From the NCBI RefSeq assembly GCF_003334255.1, contig NZ_QOWU01000018.1: a stretch of DNA of 64,000 bases; one strand, written 5' to 3'. A program made the position numbers and the translations under genes. Below are positions 57,201 through 64,000 of this stretch, piece by piece. Position 1 is the stretch's first letter. Every line of letters starts with the position of its first letter. This DNA comes from Escherichia coli. Its GTDB lineage: Bacteria; Pseudomonadota; Gammaproteobacteria; Enterobacterales; Enterobacteriaceae. Under the pieces are notes generated by a model, which saw only the letters and a list, made by a program, of their open reading frames with translations, was not told the origin of the DNA and did no database searches.

Positions 57201-58112
57201 ATGTATTACGGGTTTGATATTGGTGGAACAAAAATTGCGCTTGGCGTGTTTGATAGCGGTCGGCAGTTGCAGTGGGAAAAGCGGGTGCCGACACCGCGTG
57301 ACAGCTATGACGCATTTTTAGATGCAGTGTGTGAGCTGGTAGCTGAAGCTGACCAACGTTTTGGCTGTAAAGGTTCTGTCGGCATCGGTATTCCGGGAAT
57401 GCCGGAAACAGAAGATGGTACGCTGTATGCCGCCAATGTCCCCGCTGCCAGCGGTAAACCGCTGCGTGCCGACCTGAGCGCACGTCTTGATCGCGATGTA
57501 CGCCTTGATAACGATGCCAACTGTTTTGCCCTTTCAGAAGCCTGGGATGATGAATTTACTCAATATCCACTGGTGATGGGGTTGATTCTCGGCACCGGCG
57601 TTGGCGGCGGGCTGATTTTCAACGGCAAACCGATTACCGGTAAAAGCTACATTACCGGCGAGTTTGGCCATATGCGTCTGCCGGTTGATGCGTTAACCAT
57701 GATGGGGTTGGATTTCCCGTTACGCCGCTGCGGCTGTGGTCAGCATGGCTGCATTGAAAATTATCTGTCTGGTCGCGGTTTTGCGTGGCTGTATCAACAC
57801 TATTATCATCAACCGTTGCAGGCTCCCGAAATTATTGCGCTTTATGATCAAGGCGATGAGCAGGCAAGGGCGCACGTTGAGCGTTATCTGGATTTATTAG
57901 CGGTTTGTCTGGGAAATATCCTGACCATTGTTGACCCTGACCTGGTCGTCATTGGTGGTGGCTTATCGAATTTCCCGGCAATCACAGCGCAACTGGCGGA
58001 CAGGCTGCCTCGTCATCTCTTACCTGTAGCTCGTGTTCCGCGCATTGAACGCGCGCGCCACGGTGATGCGGGAGGAATGCGTGGTGCGGCCTTCCTACAT
58101 CTAACCGATTAA
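57201..58112 (+). CDS. nagK: N-acetyl-D-glucosamine kinase
   Basis: ORF-track frame trimmed to [18 protein letters not shown] (ROK family); 303 aa. Confidence 0.95.
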   Translation: MYYGFDIGGTKIALGVFDSGRQLQWEKRVPTPRDSYDAFLDAVCELVAEADQRFGCKGSVGIGIPGMPETEDGTLYAANVPAASGKPLRADLSARLDRDVRLDNDANCFALSEAWDDEFTQYPLVMGLILGTGVGGGLIFNGKPITGKSYITGEFGHMRLPVDALTMMGLDFPLRRCGCGQHGCIENYLSGRGFAWLYQHYYHQPLQAPEIIALYDQGDEQARAHVERYLDLLAVCLGNILTIVDPDLVVIGGGLSNFPAITAQLADRLPRHLLPVARVPRIERARHGDAGGMRGAAFLHLTD

Positions 58113-58127
58113 ACAACAGAGGTTGCT

Positions 58128-58967
58128 ATGCTGTCGCGTCGGGGTCATCGGTTAAGTCGTTTTCGTAAAAATAAACGCCGCCTGCGCGAGCGTTTGCGTC
58201 AGCGTATTTTTTTCAGAGATAAAGTGGTGCCGGAAGCAATGGAAAAACCAAGAGTACTCGTACTGACAGGGGCAGGAATTTCTGCGGAATCAGGTATTCG
58301 TACCTTTCGCGCCGCAGATGGCCTGTGGGAAGAACATCGGGTTGAAGATGTGGCAACGCCGGAAGGTTTCGATCGCGATCCTGAACTGGTGCAAGCGTTT
58401 TATAACGCCCGTCGTCGACAGCTGCAGCAGCCAGAAATTCAGCCTAACGCCGCGCATCTTGCGCTGGCTAAACTGCAAGACGCCCTCGGCGATCGCTTTT
58501 TGCTGGTGACGCAGAATATCGACAACCTGCATGAACGCGCAGGTAATACCAATGTGATTCATATGCATGGGGAACTGCTGAAAGTGCGTTGTTCACAAAG
58601 TGGTCAGGTTCTCGACTGGACAGGAGACGTTACCCCAGAAGATAAATGCCATTGTTGCCAGTTTCCGGCACCCTTGCGCCCGCATGTAGTGTGGTTTGGC
58701 GAAATGCCACTCGGCATGGATGAAATTTATATGGCGTTGTCGATGGCCGATATTTTCATTGCCATTGGCACATCCGGGCATGTTTATCCGGCGGCTGGGT
58801 TTGTTCACGAAGCGAAACTGCATGGCGCGCACACCGTGGAACTGAATCTTGAACCGAGTCAGGTTGGTAATGAATTTGCCGAGAAATATTACGGCCCGGC
58901 AAGCCAGGTGGTGCCTGAGTTTGTTGAAAAGTTGCTGAAGGGATTAAAAGCGGGAAGCATTGCCTGA
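58128..58967 (+). CDS. cobB: NAD-dependent protein deacylase (sirtuin) CobB, long isoform
   Basis: 279-aa ORF with basic N-terminal extension and internal in-frame Met ([19 protein letters not shown]) consistent with a shorter isoform. Confidence 0.93.
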   Translation: MLSRRGHRLSRFRKNKRRLRERLRQRIFFRDKVVPEAMEKPRVLVLTGAGISAESGIRTFRAADGLWEEHRVEDVATPEGFDRDPELVQAFYNARRRQLQQPEIQPNAAHLALAKLQDALGDRFLLVTQNIDNLHERAGNTNVIHMHGELLKVRCSQSGQVLDWTGDVTPEDKCHCCQFPAPLRPHVVWFGEMPLGMDEIYMALSMADIFIAIGTSGHVYPAAGFVHEAKLHGAHTVELNLEPSQVGNEFAEKYYGPASQVVPEFVEKLLKGLKAGSIA

Positions 58968-59056
58968 TGCACTACGCTTATCAGGCCTGCAAGGGGACGC
59001 AATTAATTGAATTTGCGGGTTTTGTGGGCCGGATAAGGCGTTCGCGCCGCAACCGG
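58962..59056. repeat. REP/BIME element between cobB and ycfZ
   Basis: GCCTGATGCACTACGCTTATCAGGCCTGC and GGCCGGATAAGGCGTTCGCGCCGCAACCGGC units. Confidence 0.8.
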
Positions 59057-59085
59057 CATAATACACACGCATTTTACTGTCTCTT

Positions 59086-59874
59086 TTACCGTTTACTCGT
59101 CAATAACAACACGGCAATAAACGTACAGACACCAATCAGCCCTGCCCAGAGTGGCGATATTCTGGTAATCGCAAAGCTATTATCGATATACAGGCATAAA
59201 GCCTGATAGCCCATATTGGCAATAGTCATCGCTACTGCAAATTTTAACGCATAAATAAAACGAGTCGTGTAGTAAAAGACCGAGGAAAATAAGACAAACG
59301 TTGCAGCCCAGGCGATAAAACCTAATGTGTTGGTGCTGCCGGGGGGATCATTTTCATGCTGTTTTCCTGGATGCGGATAATATGTTAGTGGAGGCGTCGG
59401 TTGTTTTAATATCTGTGCTTGTAGAACAGCCAATGCATTATTGATTCCCTGATACCAGAGGCCAGCATGTAAATAAGCCAGTGTGTGATTTTCTATCAGA
59501 AGGCCGAGATGTTTATCGTCCAGACCGCTTTCAACCTGGCCGTTGGTGATCATAATTAACCGTGGTTCGCGGGTAGTAAATAGTAACAGAACACTTCCTT
59601 TTACATCACTCAATGAAGATGACGCATGCGCCAGCATCGCTTTACCATTTTGTCTGAGACTGGCTTCATTATTAATGTCGGGTAAAACCACAATAAACGG
59701 TGCAATTCCCGTTTGTTGGCGAAAAAGCTCGGCTTTATGCGCGATCTCTTCAGCATCTGGTACAGTACCGGTAACGTCCGTAAAAAGTGTCTTCATTATT
59801 GGAATTAATGGCTTGCTGGCTGCTGTCAGAGGCAGGAGTATCAGTAAACTGAGCAGTATAATGAATTTTTTCAT
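59086..59874 (-). CDS. ycfZ: inner-membrane protein YcfZ
   Basis: 262-aa ORF with signal/TM segments matching YcfZ. Confidence 0.88.
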
Positions 59875-60332
59875 GGGCGGGACTTCCGTTTCCTGCGTGA
59901 TTTTTTAGAGGAGGGCATACTTATTAATAAACCGACGGCGATAAAAATAACGCCCATAATGCCGATAAACCCCCATTTAAAAAAATTAACCCACGGGTTA
60001 TTTATCTCAGCCTTTTCAGGATGCCCGGGAGAATAATAAACATTAACTTTATCGCCTTCGCTGTCTTCATAAAAATCGCTGCCGATACTCGAATTGAAAA
60101 TTAGCGTGTAATCTGGCGTCGGTCGAAAGGCAACGACGGGATACCACGAACCATCTTTACCCGTGCGATGAGAATGACTGGAGTGCCAGACGGTATCAAC
60201 AATGACGCCTTCGGTATGAATCGCGTCTTTGCTATAGGTGAACTGGTTATAAAAGACAACAACAGAAATGAGGATCAGTACCAGACCGATACCGAGGAAT
60301 ATACGAAAGAAAACTTTACTGTCCTGACTCAT
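59871..60332 (-). CDS. ymfA: inner-membrane protein YmfA
   Basis: ORF-track frame trimmed to [16 protein letters not shown]; 153 aa; overlaps the ycfZ start. Confidence 0.88.
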
Positions 60333-60352
60333 TAGCCACATCCTTGCTAACT

Positions 60353-60380
60353 AAAAAACGGGCGGTAATACCACCGCCCG
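60353..60380 (-). terminator. intrinsic terminator of the potD transcript
   Basis: CGGGCGGTAATACCACCGCCCG hairpin followed on the minus strand by a T6 run. Confidence 0.8.
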
Positions 60381-60389
60381 CTTGCTGAA

Positions 60390-61436
60390 TTAACGTCCTG
60401 CTTTCAGCTTCTGATAATACTCTTCATAAATGCTGCTGGCTGCGCCAACGTCATTCTGCCATTCGCCATTTTTAATGGTTTCAGCATCCGGGTAGAGCGT
60501 TTTATCGTTCGCCACTTCCGGGCTTAACAGCTTACGCGCCGCAAGGTTTGGCGTTGGATAACCGATAGTTTCGGCAACCTGTTTTGCCACATCCGGGCGC
60601 AGCAGGAAGTTGATCAATTTCAGCGCGCCTTCTTTGTTTTTGGCATTTGCCGGGATCGCCAGGCTGTCCATCCAGAAAATGCCGCCTTCTTTCGGCCATA
60701 CCACGTCAATTGGCGTACCCGCCTGGCGTGCAACGAAAGCAGAACCGTTCCAGATCATGCCGAGGTTAACTTCGCCTTCCATGTACGGGTTAGCCGGGTT
60801 ATCGGAGTTAAAGGCTGCCACGTTTGGCATCAGTTTTTTCAGCTCGTTATATGCAGCTTCAATCTCTTTCGGATCGGTGGTGTTACCGGAGTAGCCCAGC
60901 TTACGCAGCGCCATCTGGAACACTTCACGGGCATCGTCGGTCAACAGCAGGCTGCCTTTGTACTCAGGCTTCCACAGATCGGCCCAGCTGGTGACAGATT
61001 TCGGATCCACCGCATCACCGTTAACACCAATCGCCGTCGCACCCCAGATATACGGAATGGAGTAATCGTTATTCGGGTCAAACGGCTTATTGAGCATGTC
61101 TGGATCGAGATTGCTGAAGTTCGTTAACTTCGACTTGTCGATCTTCTGGATCATCCCTTCTTTACGCATTTTATCGACGTAATAGGTTGAAGGAACCACC
61201 AGGTCATAGGCACCGTCTTTGTACGTTTTCAGCTTGGCGTACATGGTTTCGTTCGACTCGTAAGTCGAATAGATAACCTTAATACCGGTTTCTTTGGTGA
61301 ATTGTTCAAGCAGTCCTGGCGGCACGTACTCGGTCCAGTTGTAGAAATACAGCGTGTTGTTGTCATCGGCGTGAGCGGCGCTCATGCCCAGTGCCAGAGC
61401 ACCCGCCGCGAGCAGGTGGCGTGACCATTTTTTCAT
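60390..61436 (-). CDS. potD: spermidine/putrescine ABC transporter periplasmic binding protein
   Basis: 348-aa ORF with signal peptide matching PotD. Confidence 0.97.
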   Translation of the reverse strand: MKKWSRHLLAAGALALGMSAAHADDNNTLYFYNWTEYVPPGLLEQFTKETGIKVIYSTYESNETMYAKLKTYKDGAYDLVVPSTYYVDKMRKEGMIQKIDKSKLTNFSNLDPDMLNKPFDPNNDYSIPYIWGATAIGVNGDAVDPKSVTSWADLWKPEYKGSLLLTDDAREVFQMALRKLGYSGNTTDPKEIEAAYNELKKLMPNVAAFNSDNPANPYMEGEVNLGMIWNGSAFVARQAGTPIDVVWPKEGGIFWMDSLAIPANAKNKEGALKLINFLLRPDVAKQVAETIGYPTPNLAARKLLSPEVANDKTLYPDAETIKNGEWQNDVGAASSIYEEYYQKLKAGR

Positions 61437-62227
61437 TTAACGTCCCCTGTGTTACCTTTCGTTTTATCACGAGCAATAAGCTGGCTGGCAATAACCATCA
61501 CCAGCGACAGCACCAGTAATATGGTTGCCAGCGCGTTAACTTCCGGCGATACGCCGACTTTGACCATCGAATAAATTTTTAACGGCAGAATTTCATAGCT
61601 TGGTCCGGTGACGAACGAAGAAACTACTACATCGTCCATCGACAGGGTAAAGCTTAACACCCAGCCCGCCGCCACCGCTGGCATTGCCAGTGGCAGAATG
61701 ATTTTTCGCAGAATGGTAAATTCGCTGGCACCGAGATCTTTCGCCGCTTCCAGCATTCGCACGTCAAAACCTTTCAGGCGCGAATACACTGTCACCACCA
61801 CAAATGGCAGGCAGAAGGTGATATGCGAGAACAGCAGCGACCAGAAGCCAAGCTGAATACCCAGCAGCATAAACAGCACCAGCAGCGAAATCGCCATCAC
61901 GATATCTGGTGACATCATCACCACAAACAGCATTCCACTAACGAACGGCTTACCACGAAAGCGATAACGGTACAGCGCAACTGCCGTCAGTGAACCGATA
62001 AGCGTAGCAAATGTCGCCGAAAACACCGCCATTGTTAGTGAATGCTGCGCTGCCTGTAACAGGCTGTCGTTGTTCATCAGCAGGCTATACCATTTGGTGG
62101 TAAAACCCTGCCAGTTGATGCCAAAGCGCGAGCTGTTAAAGGAGTTCACAATCAAAATAATGATTGGGATATACAGGTACGCGTAGATAGCGGTCATAAA
62201 ACCGCCGCGAAGCAGTCGACCGATCAT
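61433..62227 (-). CDS. potC: spermidine/putrescine ABC transporter permease
   Basis: 264-aa ORF matching PotC. Confidence 0.96.
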   Translation of the reverse strand: MIGRLLRGGFMTAIYAYLYIPIIILIVNSFNSSRFGINWQGFTTKWYSLLMNNDSLLQAAQHSLTMAVFSATFATLIGSLTAVALYRYRFRGKPFVSGMLFVVMMSPDIVMAISLLVLFMLLGIQLGFWSLLFSHITFCLPFVVVTVYSRLKGFDVRMLEAAKDLGASEFTILRKIILPLAMPAVAAGWVLSFTLSMDDVVVSSFVTGPSYEILPLKIYSMVKVGVSPEVNALATILLVLSLVMVIASQLIARDKTKGNTGDVK

Positions 62228-62250
62228 TCGAGTTCCACCTTTTTATTCAT
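62224..62250 (-). other. putative prophage attachment-site core retaining the last codons of potB
   Basis: Minus-strand frame ends …SRLMNKKVELE-TGA with the stop overlapping the potC ATG; this resembles the PotB C-terminus as I recall it, while the sequence upstream is not PotB-like. Core boundaries are estimated. Confidence 0.4.
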
Positions 62251-62393
62251 AAGGCGGGACACTTTCAGGATTTTGAATTTATTCAATTTTTCCCTTTCTC
62301 CAAAATCTCTCCAAAACGTTTCCCCAAAACTAGGCCACGCATTTTACAACACTTTTTTCCTGAGATGGTGACGGATATTCCATATGGTGTTTG

Positions 62394-63512
62394 TCAAATA
62401 ACCAACTTAACCCATTCCTGACCTCGAGTATCGTTATAGCGATCGGTGGTTGCCTGGACTTTATGTCCTAGTAATGTTTTTGTATCGATACCCTGTGCAC
62501 GGTACAGCCGTTCTGATAGAGAGCGTTGTTCATGAAATGTTGGCGGAGTTTTTCCTGCTGGTGGAATTATCCCAGCCAGATCCCGTGCTTTGGCAAAGTA
62601 GTCGCTCAGGTTGTCTTTACTCATCGGCTTCGGTTGTTTCTGGTGCCGACTATGGATTAGATATGGACTTAATATTCTGTCTCGGCACCCATCAATAACT
62701 TCTTTTAACGTTATCCCAATGGCATCACAGCGTAGTGTAAGCGGTAACGCCAGACGCATTCCGGTTTTTCCCTGGGTGATATGCAAGTGTTCGTTCCACA
62801 CATCTGAAAAACGCATGTGGCAAATGTCATCACGGCGCTGACCAGTAACAATCGCAAGAAGCATTGCGTTACGGATAAAGTGTTTTTCAGGCGTTGCATT
62901 GTAAATTTTTTGCCAGTCTTCCATGGTGAGCCTGGCTCTGGTTACTTTAGGGATCGGTTTACGGGTAGCCTCCGGAGGATTCCATCCAGGAGGAACTTCC
63001 CCTGCATGCTGTGCTTCTTTATAAATATCAACCCATAATCCACGATTTACTCTCGCTGTGCTGACCATGTCTTTATCCAGCCACTCATCCAGTATTAATG
63101 CAAAGTCTCTTACTTCCAGTTCTTTCAATGGGTGGTTTCCCAGACGGGAAACCAGGTATGCAGCCATTCGAGTTTTTTCTTTGTGAGTTGTAGCTGCAAT
63201 ATCTCCATTTTTCAGTCGCGTGTCCTGTATTTTCAGATATCGATCAACCCATGCCTTTAATCTGATACCCCGACGTTTTGTTGCTGACGGACTTTCATCA
63301 ATTTTGCGCATGAAATATTCAGCTTCTGCTGCAGCTATTCGCTGATTGGCTGTGGAAGCGATTTTTTCTGCCTTACCTTTGTCTGTTCCGAGTCCGTGAA
63401 ATTTTCCAGTCACAGGATTTTTATACTGGTAGTAAACTCTGCCAGTTCTGCGATCAAACTTTTCGTAAAGACCGGCTACGTCAGTGCTGTTTTTTCGTGG
63501 CCTCGGTGACAT
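62394..63512 (-). CDS. int: phage integrase, tyrosine recombinase (lambda Int family)
   Basis: 372-aa ORF; C-terminus TFHEQRSLSERLYRAQ…LLGHK…TDRYNDTRGQEWVKLVI parallels lambda Int (HxxR, H, Y catalytic residues); N-terminal arm-binding-like domain. Confidence 0.9.
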   Translation of the reverse strand: MSPRPRKNSTDVAGLYEKFDRRTGRVYYQYKNPVTGKFHGLGTDKGKAEKIASTANQRIAAAEAEYFMRKIDESPSATKRRGIRLKAWVDRYLKIQDTRLKNGDIAATTHKEKTRMAAYLVSRLGNHPLKELEVRDFALILDEWLDKDMVSTARVNRGLWVDIYKEAQHAGEVPPGWNPPEATRKPIPKVTRARLTMEDWQKIYNATPEKHFIRNAMLLAIVTGQRRDDICHMRFSDVWNEHLHITQGKTGMRLALPLTLRCDAIGITLKEVIDGCRDRILSPYLIHSRHQKQPKPMSKDNLSDYFAKARDLAGIIPPAGKTPPTFHEQRSLSERLYRAQGIDTKTLLGHKVQATTDRYNDTRGQEWVKLVI

Positions 63513-63750
63513 GAGTTAAAATCTCCTTCAGTGCATCATCATCGCCAGTATGAATTTCCGGCGCAATTCCCGTTTCACCAGGCCCAACAAATACTGCTCG
63601 GCGATCTATCAGCCAACGCCCACGAATTTTTTGTGGCCTTGGAACGATGTATCCTAGTTTTCCGTATTTCACCAGGGTAGTGTTTGTTATTGGGAGACTG
63701 AACCGTTTTGGTTTCCACTCGTCGAGCGTTATCAGGTACTGTTCGCTCAT
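63481..63750 (-). CDS. xis: excisionase (Xis-like)
   Basis: MSEQYLITLDEWKPKRF… resembles the lambda Xis N-terminus (MYLTLQEWNARQRRPR); overlaps the int start by 32 bp as in lambda. Start may instead be 63759 (MIAMSEQ…). Confidence 0.75.
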   Translation of the reverse strand: MSEQYLITLDEWKPKRFSLPITNTTLVKYGKLGYIVPRPQKIRGRWLIDRRAVFVGPGETGIAPEIHTGDDDALKEILTHVTEATKKQH

Positions 63751-63811
63751 GGCTATCACTCCGGAACGCGCCAGTTGCAGAATATCAACGACAACTGGCG
63801 ACGGTTGAACA

Positions 63812-64000
63812 TTAAAAATCAGCCTGACTCGGGATCAGTTTTTGCCAGATAACTGAAACGTATTTTGCCTGGTAACGGGCGTCATCAAGTGCATTATGGC
63901 GCTCACCTTCGAATGGAATAGCCGTTCTGGCATCGAAGTCTATGGCTTTCCCCAGCTCAACGATTGTGCGTACATCGCGATCGTTGTAGTAACGCCACGG
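63812..64000 (-). CDS. phage DnaQ-like (DEDDh) 3'-5' exonuclease, C-terminal 62 codons only
   Basis: Minus-strand frame ends …AIPFEGERHNALDDARYQAKYVSVIWQKLIPSQADF-stop; H-x-A-L-x-D-A motif matches exonuclease motif III of the DnaQ superfamily. Confidence 0.6.
   Translation of the reverse strand, partial: PWRYYNDRDVRTIVELGKAIDFDARTAIPFEGERHNALDDARYQAKYVSVIWQKLIPSQADF

Larger units (their letters stand above)
62228..64000. mobile_element. left arm of an integrated lambdoid prophage (att-int-xis-exonuclease), continuing beyond the window
   Basis: A lambda-family integrase, an overlapping Xis-like gene and a DnaQ-like exonuclease 3' end, all co-oriented, occupy the position where potB is expected. 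Confidence 0.85.

Noticed and set aside
62228-62393. Possible intrinsic terminator or tRNA-derived attachment site between int and potC
   Set aside because: No tRNA-like sequence and no convincing GC-rich hairpin with T-run on the minus strand; the attachment site appears to be the protein-coding 3' end of potB.

Overview
This window is an Escherichia/Shigella-type chromosomal segment that is gene-for-gene collinear with the E. coli K-12 map from dinI to potC, ending in the left arm of an integrated lambdoid prophage. Order: dinI (partial), pyrC, yceB, grxB, mdtH, rimJ, yceH, yceM, murJ, flgNMA / flgBCDEFGHIJKL, rne, rluC, yceF, yceD, rpmF, plsX-fabHDG-acpP-fabF, pabC, mltG, tmk, holB, ycfH, ptsG, fhuE, hinT, ycfL, lpoB, thiK, nagZ, ycfP, ndh, ycfJ, comR, bhsA, ldtC, mfd, ycfT, lolCDE, nagK, cobB, ycfZ, ymfA, potD, potC. 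Genes were identified by reading the supplied translations; after trimming ORF-track starts to the canonical N-termini, every length matches the lengths I recall for K-12. Intergenic spacings are ordinary and hold only REP/BIME repeats, intrinsic terminators and known regulatory sites. I see no rRNA, tRNA, CRISPR array or IS element. The one departure from the core layout is at 62.2-64.0 kb: where potB should lie upstream of potC there is instead a lambda-family tyrosine integrase, an overlapping Xis-like gene and the 3' end of a DnaQ-like exonuclease gene. This is a prophage inserted at the potB/potC junction, with the rest of the phage outside the window. I do not find a previously undescribed system within the visible sequence; any novel cargo would be in the unseen part of the prophage. 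All identifications are from memory and sequence reading, with no database search run.
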